Shown one piece after another: positions 18,454 through 28,622 of a stretch of 64,000 nucleotides of DNA. The stretch spans positions 13,390-77,389 of the forward strand of contig CAYYSU010000005.1 in the NCBI GenBank assembly GCA_964474455.1, given 5' to 3'. Source of the DNA: an uncultured Bacteroidales bacterium. GTDB lineage: Bacteria > Bacteroidota > Bacteroidia > Bacteroidales > BM520. The translations under genes were made by a program, and so were the position numbers. The notes below the pieces were generated by a model, which saw nothing but the letters and a program-made list of their open reading frames with translations, was not told the origin of the DNA and did not search any database. The stretch's first letter is position 1. Every line of letters starts with the position of its first letter.

Positions 18454-19497
18454 CTATTTTTTGAAGTACGAAAGCTTGCGTGATATTTTGTCAAAAACAA
18501 AATACTGTATTAAAAGAAGATAGGGTTCGTTATTTTTAACAGCATACATCCTGTCAATATCGTATGGAATATCTACACCAATATACTCCGTCTGGCCATC
18601 AAGCGCAGGCCTGCGGAATGTTTTTAAATGTGTTGATTCTCCATTTTTCCCCGTTAAAGTCATTAGGAAAAATGGATCCTGATTGATGATTGAATCGGTT
18701 TCATGAATTGAAAAGTGAGTGAGAAACGCTTCAAAGTTGATGTCATCGAATGAAGTCATAACATCAAGAATTCTCTCAGGATGAATATTCTCTACCCTCT
18801 CACCGGTAAAGAGTGATTTAACTTCGAAATCACGATCATTGATATTGGTAATAATATATGACTCTTCAGGTTCTGAAGGGAATTCTACTTGTAAGGATGC
18901 GATTTGAGGTAACCGTTTTTTGAAGATGATATGCTCTCTCCAGTCAATCTCTCTGGCATGATATCTTGAAGAGATAAAACCTCTGAAACCGGGAATATAT
19001 GTTATGTATGGATTTTCAACTCCCTCCATTAACATGTATGTTCCAAGGTTATCCTGGGTGTGCGTTCCTACATAGTATGTCTTTGTCAATTTTTCGCGCG
19101 GAAAGAGCTTTAAAGAACCCAACGAGATACGATTTACAATTTGATATACCTCTACCTTTGTGGCACCGGAAGCGAGAAGCCTGATAATATTATTTCTGGC
19201 CGCATTTGATACGGGCTCCATAATATTAATATTTTGCATGGTCTTAAGCAGCATGCGCACATTATCTTCATGAGCTACGTACTTGCCGTTTAACTCCCAA
19301 TATCCTGGCTTCTTTACCAGCTCAACAGTGCGATCCTGTTTGTCAGCAAGAAAAATTCTTGTTACAGTTGCGGTATCTGCTATGGCAAAATCAGTCTCTT
19401 TTTTGTTTAAAGAACTGCTGCTGTTGGTTAAGAACACTCCAATGGCCAAAATGATCAGTGCGACAATACCAATAATATAAATATTCTTCTTCTTCAT
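18454..19497 (-). CDS. DUF4340-like GldG-associated protein (N-terminal membrane anchor)
   Basis: Single N-terminal TM (IYIIGIVALIILAIGVFL). Sits 5 nt downstream of gldG, the usual place for DUF4340 proteins in Bacteroidota. Family assignment is from memory of context, not a motif. Confidence 0.55.
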   Translation of the reverse strand: MKKKNIYIIGIVALIILAIGVFLTNSSSSLNKKETDFAIADTATVTRIFLADKQDRTVELVKKPGYWELNGKYVAHEDNVRMLLKTMQNINIMEPVSNAARNNIIRLLASGATKVEVYQIVNRISLGSLKLFPREKLTKTYYVGTHTQDNLGTYMLMEGVENPYITYIPGFRGFISSRYHAREIDWREHIIFKKRLPQIASLQVEFPSEPEESYIITNINDRDFEVKSLFTGERVENIHPERILDVMTSFDDINFEAFLTHFSIHETDSIINQDPFFLMTLTGKNGESTHLKTFRRPALDGQTEYIGVDIPYDIDRMYAVKNNEPYLLLIQYFVFDKISRKLSYFKK

Positions 19498-19502
19498 GTT
19501 TT

Positions 19503-21239
19503 TTATCTGCTATATTTTCTTTTTCTTATCATAATTTTCAAAATCCCCGGAATCAGAATTAATAGTACCGGTAGTATAACGTTGATAATTTGAATTGTTG
19601 TCTTTGATTCTTTTATACGTGTTCTGTCAAGAAGCCTGAGTTTTATATCGCGTGAACGGACATTAATAAGCCCCGAGTCATCACACAGATAATTTATTGC
19701 ATTGAGAATAAAGTCTCCGTTTCCAAAGCTCTGTCCTGTGTATTGGTCATATCCTGTAGGCAGTGGCATTCCATCCGACGAACGGAACTGATTCTTAAGG
19801 AGATCGCCATCAGAAACAAAAATCATCGATGTGGGCACACTCTCTTCTTTAAAATCAATGAGGCTAGAAGTCATGATTTCCGGCGTAAGGCGGTTTGTGT
19901 ACAGAGAGGAGAACGTTCCTTCCATAAGAATGGCTACAGGTACCGGTTGGTGGCTGAAAAGCCTGGCATCAGGCTCTTCCCGTAACATTTCAAGACTGAT
20001 ATACACCGGAGAATTTGCCAGACGGCTGTATTCTGAGGTCTGTAATAATACCGTTGGCTTAATGCCATCAACCTCGATCGTATCTATTGGACTGACGAAT
20101 TCTGTTCTGATAACATTAAGGTTCTTCGCGATGGGGTGTTGTGTCTGTGGAGTAAGAACAGGGAAATAATACCAGTTTAGAAATTCTACCTGAGGCTGTC
20201 CGCCAACGTTACCAGTGGTGATGGGTATAGGCATGCAGGAGAGATCCATCACAAGCTTTTTGTCGAAACGAACCCCATATCGGAAGAACATGTCATCCAG
20301 ATTTAACTCAGCTGGAAGTCCTATGGTGTTGCCAGTGAATGCCAATGAATCTATATCCGTGAGGATTGGGTCAATAAGCCATAATATCTTGCCGCCACGC
20401 ATAATGTATTGGTCGAGGATAAACTTATCCTTTTCACTAAAGGCTGTATCCGGGCGGGCGATAATGAGTGCTTTATATTTGTTTTTTACAATAATCCCCA
20501 GGCTGTCACTCTCCACCCTCTCTGTAATATTACTGATCTGACCATCAATGGTGACTCTCTCCACCTGATAATACTCTGAAAGAGCTGTGCCAATATCCCA
20601 GGTCTTATTACTTGCAAGCTCACCATGACCTTCTATAAACGCTATTGCCGGTTTACGGATTTCAATAAGTCGCGCAATAACGCTGGAAATATTGTACTCC
20701 AGATTTTGAATAGAGTTATTTAATGATTCATCCGGGTTGACATTCATCTGCGATTGTAGCAAATGTAGAGGTATCTCTTTTTGATGATATGAGACAATAG
20801 CTCCGGGGAAGATAATCTTTTGTGTGCTTCCGCTCTCTTCTCTAACATGAAGATCCGTGGGACTCAGTCCTTTACGCACCAATTCATCATATACCGCATT
20901 TACATTGTTGCCAATGGTTGTGGGGTCGATGAATTCAAATTGGATATTCCTGTTAACAGCATTAAACTGCCGGAGTATTTCTCTTGTTTCATTTCTTAAA
21001 CGTTTGAATCCTGCTGGAAAATCACCTTCCAGGTAGATTTTAAAAAATACAATGTCTTCAAGATCTTCTATCATCTCCACCGTAGCCTCAGAAAGAGTAT
21101 ATCTCTTTTCAGCTGTCAGGTCAGCACGCCCATAAAATCTTGATCCAATTATATTTATAAGGATTATTACAACCACTCCTGCTGCAAATATGAGGAGGCT
21201 GCTTTCTCTTTTTCCTTTTCGATTATTTCCCTTTTTCAT
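19503..21239 (-). CDS. gldG: Gliding-motility-associated ABC transporter accessory protein GldG
   Basis: About 580 aa with N- and C-terminal TM anchors (LLIFAAGVVVIILINII; IINVILPVLLILIPGIL) flanking a large periplasmic domain. Immediately downstream of gldF. Confidence 0.8.
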   Translation of the reverse strand: MKKGNNRKGKRESSLLIFAAGVVVIILINIIGSRFYGRADLTAEKRYTLSEATVEMIEDLEDIVFFKIYLEGDFPAGFKRLRNETREILRQFNAVNRNIQFEFIDPTTIGNNVNAVYDELVRKGLSPTDLHVREESGSTQKIIFPGAIVSYHQKEIPLHLLQSQMNVNPDESLNNSIQNLEYNISSVIARLIEIRKPAIAFIEGHGELASNKTWDIGTALSEYYQVERVTIDGQISNITERVESDSLGIIVKNKYKALIIARPDTAFSEKDKFILDQYIMRGGKILWLIDPILTDIDSLAFTGNTIGLPAELNLDDMFFRYGVRFDKKLVMDLSCMPIPITTGNVGGQPQVEFLNWYYFPVLTPQTQHPIAKNLNVIRTEFVSPIDTIEVDGIKPTVLLQTSEYSRLANSPVYISLEMLREEPDARLFSHQPVPVAILMEGTFSSLYTNRLTPEIMTSSLIDFKEESVPTSMIFVSDGDLLKNQFRSSDGMPLPTGYDQYTGQSFGNGDFILNAINYLCDDSGLINVRSRDIKLRLLDRTRIKESKTTIQIINVILPVLLILIPGILKIMIRKRKYSR

Positions 21240-21257
21240 AATGCCTTCTCTAAACTG

Positions 21258-21989
21258 TTACCACTTTCTGCGTTCCATTACCAGTTTGGTGAGCATCAGG
21301 AATAGTGCAATGACACTCAGAAAATAGATCACATCTCTTGTGTCTATAACGCCTCTACTTATGGATGCATAGTGCGACTGTATTCCCAGAGAACGCACCA
21401 ACAGATCCATAGAACCAAATAATGACAGGGTGTAGATAAATTCAAAACCCACATACATTAGCCCACAAAAAAATACTGCCAGAATGAAAGATATTACCTG
21501 GCTGTCGCTCAAGGAGCTGGCAAAAATACCAATTGAAACAAATGTTGCTCCTAAGAATAGTAACCCGATGTAGGAGCCCCATGCTGCGCCGGAATCCAGA
21601 TTGCCTGGAGGTAATCCCAGGAGATATACTGAAATGTAATATACCAGCGTTGGGATTAATGCTATCACAACGAGTATTAATCCTGACAGGAATTTTGCGC
21701 CAAGAATTTGATAATCAGTGAGTGGCTTGGTGTACAGCAGCTCCATGGTTCCCGACTTGCGCTCATCGGCGAAGGATCGCATGGTTACCGCCGGAATCAG
21801 AAATAAAAATACCCACGGAGCGATAACGAACAGCCCGTTGATACTGGCATAACCATAATCCGGAATATTGAATTCTACAGGAAATACCCACAAAAAAAGC
21901 CCGGTAATAACCAAGAAGACCACCAGAACGATATATCCAATCAGAGAGTTAAGAAAACTGTTAATCTCTTTCTTAAAAAGTGTATACAT
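21258..21989 (-). CDS. gldF: Gliding-motility-associated ABC transporter permease GldF (ABC-2 type)
   Basis: 243 aa, six hydrophobic helices, FADERKSGTMELL motif typical of ABC-2/GldF permeases. Adjacent to gldG. Confidence 0.8.
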   Translation of the reverse strand: MYTLFKKEINSFLNSLIGYIVLVVFLVITGLFLWVFPVEFNIPDYGYASINGLFVIAPWVFLFLIPAVTMRSFADERKSGTMELLYTKPLTDYQILGAKFLSGLILVVIALIPTLVYYISVYLLGLPPGNLDSGAAWGSYIGLLFLGATFVSIGIFASSLSDSQVISFILAVFFCGLMYVGFEFIYTLSLFGSMDLLVRSLGIQSHYASISRGVIDTRDVIYFLSVIALFLMLTKLVMERRKW

Positions 21990-22061
21990 ATGAATACTGT
22001 TTCTACGGCAAAAGTAATACTTTTCCGTGGAGAGGGAAATAAAGGATGAAAATTGACTTAT

Positions 22062-22853
22062 TTAGATGTTACGCAGAAACTCCACACGTACCATATCGTC
22101 GATATACATCCCTAACAAACTGGATGCTGTGCCCATGTTAATAGCTATTTCCAGAAATCCATGGGTTCCAAAAAGAGCAACAGGATCTCCGTCGTTTACA
22201 TCAGAATAACTTGTAAAAAGCCGATTTATGGTGTATTGTGAGCCCCTGAGATCGATATGAAAGGAGTCTCCATTGCCAAATTCATGAAATTTTTTTACAG
22301 AAATATTGGTGATAAGATTTTCATAATTATCGATATATATAACCTTGCCTTTTAAAACATTGCCCTCAATTACAGGCATAAAAGAGAGGCACTGGTTAAT
22401 ATCTTCTTTGGCAACTCCAAGTTCTGACATGGGGTTGCCCTGTGCCAGATGCATCGCCACTTTGACAAAAAGATCTCTCGTGGAAAAGGTGAAGAATGGC
22501 GAATCTTGCATTAAGTCCAGCTCTATGATCTCTTCAGCTTTTTCATTATCCATGAGTAAATTAAAAATGCCATTGTCGGCACCAATGAAATATTGCCCTG
22601 CGAATTTCAGCACAGTATGTGGTGTCTCAATGGAGGCAATGGTATTTATTCCTATGATGTGGATAGTCCCTTCAGGAAAGTTTGTATATGCCTGCCTGAG
22701 TATGAATGAGGCCTGTGTAATATCAAAAGGATTTATATCGTGGCTCAGATCTACAATTAATAAATCCGGTATGCTGGAAACGAGTCGGCCTTTTACTGCC
22801 GCAAGATATGGATCCTTCGTGCCCCAATCACTTATTAGAGTTATTATATTCAT
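22062..22853 (-). CDS. SAM hydroxide adenosyltransferase (DUF62 family)
   Basis: N-terminal ITLISDWGTKDPYLAAVKG (equivalent to the TDFG..D.YVG.MKG motif). Two-domain length of about 260 aa. Confidence 0.8.
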   Translation of the reverse strand: MNIITLISDWGTKDPYLAAVKGRLVSSIPDLLIVDLSHDINPFDITQASFILRQAYTNFPEGTIHIIGINTIASIETPHTVLKFAGQYFIGADNGIFNLLMDNEKAEEIIELDLMQDSPFFTFSTRDLFVKVAMHLAQGNPMSELGVAKEDINQCLSFMPVIEGNVLKGKVIYIDNYENLITNISVKKFHEFGNGDSFHIDLRGSQYTINRLFTSYSDVNDGDPVALFGTHGFLEIAINMGTASSLLGMYIDDMVRVEFLRNI

Positions 22854-22925
22854 ATATATTGGTTAAATTACAAAGTTACAATATTAATGATAATTGCCTT
22901 AACTTTGCATATTCATCTTATTGAT

Positions 22926-23945
22926 ATGACCGAAAGAATTTTAAGCCTGGCTTCATATAGCCCCGTGGAAATATATGGCGTTAACGACGCCAACCTTAAT
23001 ATGCTAAGAGAACTGTTCCCCAAACTAAAAATCATTGCCCGTGGTGAAGTGATGAAAATTGTTGGTGGAGATGATGATATTGTTCGTTTTGAAACCTGTT
23101 TTGATAGACTTCTACATGCTTATGATACATATGGAAAAGTAGATTCCGGACTTATAAGCCGTGTGGTGTCTCCGGAGTATGAGCTGCAAAAGAGTGCCTC
23201 AGAAAAAACTGATAAAGAGAGTGTTCTGGTATATGGTAAAAATGGTATGATTATAAAACCACGTACCCCGAACCAGCGTAAGATGGTTTTGGAACTGGAA
23301 AAAAATGATATGCTTTTTGCTATCGGACCGGCAGGAACAGGGAAAACATATACTGCTGTGGCTTTGGCAGTTAGGGCTTTGAAAGCCCGGGAAGTGAGAA
23401 AAATTATTCTCACCCGACCGGCTGTAGAGGCAGGAGAAAACCTGGGATTCCTTCCGGGAGACCTCAAAGATAAACTGGATCCATACCTCAGACCACTTTA
23501 TGATGCTCTGCGTGATATGTTGCCGTCGCAAAAACTTAATACTTATCTTGAAGACGGGACAATAGAGATCGCTCCACTGGCTTTTATGAGAGGACGTACT
23601 CTCAATGGTGTTTTTGCAATCCTTGATGAAGCACAGAATGCCACACCAAATCAGCTTAAAATGTTCCTCACAAGAATGGGACAATCAGCAAAATTTGTTA
23701 TCACAGGTGATGTGACGCAAATAGACCTCCCGCCACGACAGGCCTCGGGATTAATCCAATCCTCAAAGATTTTAAATAATATTGAAGGAATAAGCTATGT
23801 TTATCTCAATGAAAAAGATGTTGTAAGGCATAAACTGGTGACAAAAATCATTGATGCCTACGCTAATAAATCGGAGAGTGATGAGAGAAAACAGAAAATG
23901 GAGAGCCCGGAAAACATGTCAAAAGAGAAGAATATTATAAAATAA
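22926..23945 (+). CDS. phoH: PhoH-family ATPase
   Basis: Walker A GPAGTGKTY, Walker B-like ILDEAQN, and ITGDVTQIDLP. Start set at the ATG at 22926 (MTERILSL...). Confidence 0.9.
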   Translation: MTERILSLASYSPVEIYGVNDANLNMLRELFPKLKIIARGEVMKIVGGDDDIVRFETCFDRLLHAYDTYGKVDSGLISRVVSPEYELQKSASEKTDKESVLVYGKNGMIIKPRTPNQRKMVLELEKNDMLFAIGPAGTGKTYTAVALAVRALKAREVRKIILTRPAVEAGENLGFLPGDLKDKLDPYLRPLYDALRDMLPSQKLNTYLEDGTIEIAPLAFMRGRTLNGVFAILDEAQNATPNQLKMFLTRMGQSAKFVITGDVTQIDLPPRQASGLIQSSKILNNIEGISYVYLNEKDVVRHKLVTKIIDAYANKSESDERKQKMESPENMSKEKNIIK

Positions 23946-23957
23946 AAAAATCATATA

Positions 23958-24914
23958 ATGAAAAACGCTTTAATTGCAACTAACTTTGATCTTCCAAGGC
24001 AGGAAGGTGTTTACAAAGGAAAAGTGAGAGATGTGTATTACCTTGCCGATGACTATATGGTAATGGTTGTGAGCGACAGGATCTCAGCTTTTGATGTGGT
24101 GCTTCCTAAGGGTATTCCATACAAAGGACAGGTATTGAACCAAATAGCGGCAAAATTTCTCGATGCTACCGAGGATATTGTCCCAAACTGGAAAATCGCT
24201 ACTCCCGACCCAATGGTGACTTTTGGCCGCTATTGTGAGCCTTACATGATAGAAATGGTGATACGTGGTTATCTGACAGGGCACGCCTGGCGTGAATATA
24301 AAGCAGGTAAACGTGTGATATGTGGTGTGCCTATGCCTGATGGGATGATAGAAAATCAAAGATTCCCCGAGCCAATTATTACTCCCACAACAAAAGCTCT
24401 GGAAGGGCATGATCAGGATATCTCTCGTGAGGAGATTATCAGTGAAGGCCTCGCGAGTGACGAGGAGTTAATAAAACTTGAAGAATATACTCGTGCACTC
24501 TTTAAAAGAGGTACTGAAATGGCAGGAGAAAAAGGACTTATCCTCGTGGATACCAAATATGAATTTGGAAAATATAATGGTCAGATATATCTGATAGATG
24601 AAATCCATACGCCAGACTCATCACGCTATTTTTACCTTGACGGATATGAAGATCGCCAGTATTACGGTGAGAAACAAAAACAACTTTCCAAAGAGTTTGT
24701 TCGTCAGTGGCTGATAGATAATGACTTCCAGGGTCTCAAAGATCAGAAAGCCCCTGAAATGGATGAAGCATTTGTGGAGAGCGTTTCTGACAGATATATC
24801 GAATTATTTGAAAATATTACAGGAGAAGGTTTTGAAAAAGCGGATATAGAAGATGTTACAAAGCGTGTTGAGAGTAATATCTTTACATTCCTGGATATCT
24901 ATTTTAAAAGATAA
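23958..24914 (+). CDS. purC: Phosphoribosylaminoimidazole-succinocarboxamide (SAICAR) synthase, long form
   Basis: [41 protein letters not shown] motifs. Confidence 0.9.
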   Translation: MKNALIATNFDLPRQEGVYKGKVRDVYYLADDYMVMVVSDRISAFDVVLPKGIPYKGQVLNQIAAKFLDATEDIVPNWKIATPDPMVTFGRYCEPYMIEMVIRGYLTGHAWREYKAGKRVICGVPMPDGMIENQRFPEPIITPTTKALEGHDQDISREEIISEGLASDEELIKLEEYTRALFKRGTEMAGEKGLILVDTKYEFGKYNGQIYLIDEIHTPDSSRYFYLDGYEDRQYYGEKQKQLSKEFVRQWLIDNDFQGLKDQKAPEMDEAFVESVSDRYIELFENITGEGFEKADIEDVTKRVESNIFTFLDIYFKR

Positions 24915-24932
24915 GTGATGATAAATCCCGGG

Positions 24933-25829
24933 TTAGTTTAACGCTTTTGATAACTCTTTCAGCTCTTCAGCACGGGATACTTCTCCTTGAGCTTCATAAG
25001 CCAAAATAAGGTTTGTAATAAGCCTCTTTATTATTGTGATATTATCGCAGGGGAGAAAAAATCTCTTCTCCTGCTTGACGTTCATGTGTTTTAAAAAAGC
25101 TTCAATGTCAGCACGGCTAAAAATTTTTCCCTTGCGGAATGCATTGATATAGAATCTTATCTTGTGCTTCTCGACTGTAGTTTCCAAACCATCTTTTATC
25201 TCATTGGCATACCCAATAATGAAATGCTGAGGTAGATTAATGCCGTAGAGAGGTATCTTAAGGCTTTGTGCCACAAGAATATATATTATGCTCAAAGATA
25301 GAGGGTTCCCCATTCTGGTTTCTAAAACGGTATTGATATAATTATTAGATGGAGAACCTATCTTATCTAAATTGCCATCAAAACCATGAACATTGTAGAG
25401 GATGTGATTCAAAACTCTGACCTTAGCCAAAGCAGTGAGCTCTTTGTTGAGCTCCAGCCATACATCCTGTGAGAGCTGACCAATCTGTTGTGTGATCTCT
25501 GTCTCGTTAAGTTCCGGATACCGCGATTTGGAGATTAATATAAAACCAAGAAGAAGGTCTTCGCCTCCGGTTAAAAACCAATTCCTTAGTTCGGTGTATA
25601 GATTTTTGTATTGAAGGTTATGGATAACCTCTTCCAGTCGGTCATGTACTAAAGGGTTAAAAGAACTTTCCCGGAATTTCTCAAGATGTGAAACCACCTC
25701 AATACCGTAGCCGTTCAACTCCTCAGAAATTTTTTCATAAACATTTTCATCGGGGTCATCTAACAGGCTTATTAAAGCATTCAGCTTTTGAGTATCCTTT
25801 TCTTCTTTCATAACGCTATGCATCAGCAT
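24933..25829 (-). CDS. Transglutaminase-like / SirB1 N-terminal domain protein with C-terminal TPR-like tail
   Basis: LETRMGNPLSLSIIYILVAQSLKIPLYGINLPQHFIIGY matches the G-x-P..L..(Y/L).......G......P-x-H-F core of the transglutaminase-like (SirB1-type) family. Confidence 0.62.
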   Translation of the reverse strand: MLMHSVMKEEKDTQKLNALISLLDDPDENVYEKISEELNGYGIEVVSHLEKFRESSFNPLVHDRLEEVIHNLQYKNLYTELRNWFLTGGEDLLLGFILISKSRYPELNETEITQQIGQLSQDVWLELNKELTALAKVRVLNHILYNVHGFDGNLDKIGSPSNNYINTVLETRMGNPLSLSIIYILVAQSLKIPLYGINLPQHFIIGYANEIKDGLETTVEKHKIRFYINAFRKGKIFSRADIEAFLKHMNVKQEKRFFLPCDNITIIKRLITNLILAYEAQGEVSRAEELKELSKALN

Positions 25830-25882
25830 CTAAAACTATGCCACAGATACTTAATACAACCAAATAATAGGAGAATATTTTT

Positions 25883-26764
25883 TTATCCTACTAAAGTTAA
25901 CTTTTCAAGTACTATCTCAATAAGCTCTCTTACCGATTTGTGATAATCGGCTGAAAAATCTCCCGTAGCCCTGTTAGCAATAGCAACGCATACTGTGAGC
26001 ATATCATGACCCAGTGCGCCACCAAGGCCATATAGTGCCGATGTCTCCATTTCATAGTTACTCAGTTTTACTCCATTGAAACTGAAGGTTTGCATCAGGT
26101 CATTCATTTCCGGATACCGGAGTCCTAGTCTCATTACCCGACCCTGAGGACCGTAAAATCCTGGTGCTGTGGCTGTAATACCCTGGTAAAACTTAGGCCC
26201 TTCGAATTTGCTAATGAGACTCTGTGCTCCCTGAACTCCATAAACATGAGGAAGAAATTCACTCCAGCTTACATGCTTTCGGAACTGTGCTCCCAGATCT
26301 TCTATGATTACTCCTTCCGGAATGTCATAAAAATATAACAGACCATCTAATCCAAGAGCATAACGAGAAAGAACGAAAGAATTTACCGGGATGTCCGGTT
26401 GCAAAGCTCCTGAGGTGCCTAGTCGAATAATCCTGAGCTTTCCCGGATGCTCCTTTAAAACTCTGTTCTTGAGGTCAAAGCTTACAAGTGCATCCAACTC
26501 ATTCATAACAATATCAATGTTATCTGTGCCCATTCCTGTGCTCATAGCTGTCAGTCTGACGCCATTGAGATATCCGGTATGAGATACAATCTCACGGTTG
26601 CTGCGTTTGATTTCTATCCTGTCGAAATAACCGCTGATCTGGGATACCCGACCCGGATCTCCTACAACAATTACCGTTTCCGCTAACTCTTCGGGATGAA
26701 GATTCAAATGGTATACACCTCCGTCGCTGTTCAATACCAATTCTGAAGATTTAAAAGTTTTCAT
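25883..26764 (-). CDS. Nucleoside phosphorylase (PNP_UDP_1 family, uridine/purine nucleoside phosphorylase-like)
   Basis: VVGDPGRV phosphate-binding motif, RLGTSGAL, YEMETSALY. Confidence 0.85.
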   Translation of the reverse strand: MKTFKSSELVLNSDGGVYHLNLHPEELAETVIVVGDPGRVSQISGYFDRIEIKRSNREIVSHTGYLNGVRLTAMSTGMGTDNIDIVMNELDALVSFDLKNRVLKEHPGKLRIIRLGTSGALQPDIPVNSFVLSRYALGLDGLLYFYDIPEGVIIEDLGAQFRKHVSWSEFLPHVYGVQGAQSLISKFEGPKFYQGITATAPGFYGPQGRVMRLGLRYPEMNDLMQTFSFNGVKLSNYEMETSALYGLGGALGHDMLTVCVAIANRATGDFSADYHKSVRELIEIVLEKLTLVG

Positions 26765-26847
26765 ATGATGAAGTTTAATTTAACAAAGGTAAATAAACAA
26801 AATCTGATTATCGACCTTATATTTGCATCTCATTAAGAGTTTTTATT

Positions 26848-28092
26848 ATGAAAGTGGAAATAATCTCTATTGGAGATGAATTATTGATAGGACAGGTTGT
26901 GAATACCAACGCATCCTGGATGGGTGCTGAACTCACTGAAAAAGGGTTTGATGTGGTGAGGGTTTCAACAATCTCTGATAATGAAAAGGATATTATTGAT
27001 GCACTGCACCAAGCCTCCGACCGTACTGATGTTATACTGATTACGGGTGGCCTTGGGCCAACAAACGACGATATAACGAAAACAGTTCTCTGCGATTATT
27101 TTGATACTAATCTAAAGCTTCATGAACCGACATTCAATAGGATAAAGGCTTTGTTTGCTCAACGAGGGTATAACTTTTCAGATATTAATCAACAACAGGC
27201 ACTACTACCGCAAAATTGTGTTGTATTGACTAATACTATGGGTACGGCACCGGGAATGTGGTTTGAGAGTGAAGATACCATATATGTATCTATGCCGGGA
27301 GTTCCCTATGAGATGCAGGCTGTGATGACCGAGGAGGTTATTCCTAGACTGTTAAAGAAGAGTAATTCTCAGGCCATATTCCATCATACCGTCATAACGC
27401 ATGGAGTAGGGGAGTCGTGGTTGGCAGAAAAAATTGCGCCTTGGGAAGAGTCTTTGCCTGAGAATATTAAGCTTGCATACCTGCCTCATCCTGGGATTGT
27501 GCGATTGCGTCTGACAGCATTTGGCCCAGATTATAGTTTGTTGCAAAAACAGGTTATGGACGAGATGTCGAAGCTTGAACTGATAATCCCTGATCTTATT
27601 GTTGGTGCAAATGAAGATACACTGGAATCAATAGTAATGGAGCTTTTGCTGCAGCAAAACAAGTCACTCTGCGTAGCAGAGAGTTGTACCGGTGGTTATA
27701 TATCGCATATCCTGACCTCTTTGGCAGGAGTTTCCCAATGCTTTAAAGGTGGTGTTGTTGCCTATGACAATATGTTAAAAGAGGGGTTTTTAGGTGTTGA
27801 AAATCAGGATTTGGCAGAGCATGGTGCCGTGAGCAAGGAGGTAGTAACGCAGATGGTTAGAGGCATTATGAATTCTACCAATAGTGATTATGGCATTGCC
27901 ACCTCCGGAATCACCGGGCCGGGGGGAGGAACAGATGAAAAACCTGTGGGTACGGTGTGGATTGCTGTCGCTGATACAAATGCTGTGGTAACAGAGAAAT
28001 TCTTCTTTGGAGGAAGCAGAGATCGTGTGATAAAACAATCCGCTATGAAGGCTCTTTATCAATTGAGGAAACTGCTTATTATCAATGGGTAG
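26848..28092 (+). CDS. cinA: CinA-family protein (MoCF-like domain + nicotinamide-nucleotide amidohydrolase PncC domain)
   Basis: N-terminal IISIGDELLIGQVVNTNA...ITGGLGPTNDDITK. C-terminal AESCTGG...GITGPGGGT...GTVW. Confidence 0.9.
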   Translation: MKVEIISIGDELLIGQVVNTNASWMGAELTEKGFDVVRVSTISDNEKDIIDALHQASDRTDVILITGGLGPTNDDITKTVLCDYFDTNLKLHEPTFNRIKALFAQRGYNFSDINQQQALLPQNCVVLTNTMGTAPGMWFESEDTIYVSMPGVPYEMQAVMTEEVIPRLLKKSNSQAIFHHTVITHGVGESWLAEKIAPWEESLPENIKLAYLPHPGIVRLRLTAFGPDYSLLQKQVMDEMSKLELIIPDLIVGANEDTLESIVMELLLQQNKSLCVAESCTGGYISHILTSLAGVSQCFKGGVVAYDNMLKEGFLGVENQDLAEHGAVSKEVVTQMVRGIMNSTNSDYGIATSGITGPGGGTDEKPVGTVWIAVADTNAVVTEKFFFGGSRDRVIKQSAMKALYQLRKLLIING

Positions 28093-28126
28093 TGTTTTGA
28101 GGCTGGTTTTGTGAAAAAAATTATTG

Positions 28127-28134
28127 TACTTTTG
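28127..28134 (+). promoter_or_regulatory. Candidate -7 promoter box (TACTTTTG) upstream of rpmB
   Basis: Matches TAnnTTTG. A TTTG lies 16 nt upstream (28108..28111). The box is 66 nt upstream of the rpmB ATG. Confidence 0.35.
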
Positions 28135-28199
28135 TTTTTGTGAAAAATAATGACGTATTTTGCACTCCATTTTAGAAAAACGATTTAATATAAATAGCG

Positions 28200-28436
28200 A
28201 TGTCACGTATTTGTCAGATAACAGGAAAGAAAGTGATTACAGGAAATAATGTTTCTCACTCGCATATTCGTACCAAGAGGAAATTCTATCCAAACCTCCA
28301 GACTAAGAAATTTTATATTCCTGAAGAGGACAAGTGGATCACTTTGAAGGTTTCAACAGCTGCTATTCGTACTATCAATAAGAATGGCATCTCAGCAGTG
28401 CTTAAAGAAGCAAGAGCTAAAGGACACCTCAAATAG
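28200..28436 (+). CDS. rpmB: 50S ribosomal protein L28
   Basis: [11 protein letters not shown]...[20 protein letters not shown] is the canonical bL28 N-terminus. 78 aa. Confidence 0.95.
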   Translation: MSRICQITGKKVITGNNVSHSHIRTKRKFYPNLQTKKFYIPEEDKWITLKVSTAAIRTINKNGISAVLKEARAKGHLK

Positions 28437-28461
28437 AAATACCAAAGATAATCTCAGATAT

Positions 28462-28491
28462 GGCTTTCGCTTTTGGCGAAGGCCTTTTTTT
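28462..28491 (+). terminator. Rho-independent terminator of rpmB
   Basis: GGCTTTCGC / GCGAAGGCC stem (one G-U pair), 4-nt loop, followed by T7. Confidence 0.75.
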
Positions 28492-28622
28492 GTTTACCCG
28501 AAGGTGTTTCGTAGCCAATAATTTGTTCTTGTTTTAAGGGCTTTTGTTAAATATACCATAATGAGAATGTTAACGTTTTTTAGTAATGTTTTTTCAGGAT
28601 AATACAATACTTTTGTACCTGT

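Noticed and set aside
19503-21989. Absence of the ATPase gene gldA next to gldF/gldG
   Set aside because: In Flavobacterium johnsoniae gldA is also unlinked from the gldF-gldG pair, so this is the expected arrangement.
22345-22866. 173-aa ORF antisense to the SAM hydroxide adenosyltransferase gene
   Set aside because: It is fully nested antisense to a gene with recognisable family motifs, and it has no motifs of its own. Treated as a chance ORF.
28437-28622. Looked for rpmG (L33) downstream of rpmB, where I recall it usually sits in Bacteroidota
   Set aside because: Only an 18-codon ORF overlapping the terminator is present, with no MAKKGNR-type L33 sequence. rpmG is presumably elsewhere, and this is not evidence of anything unusual by itself.
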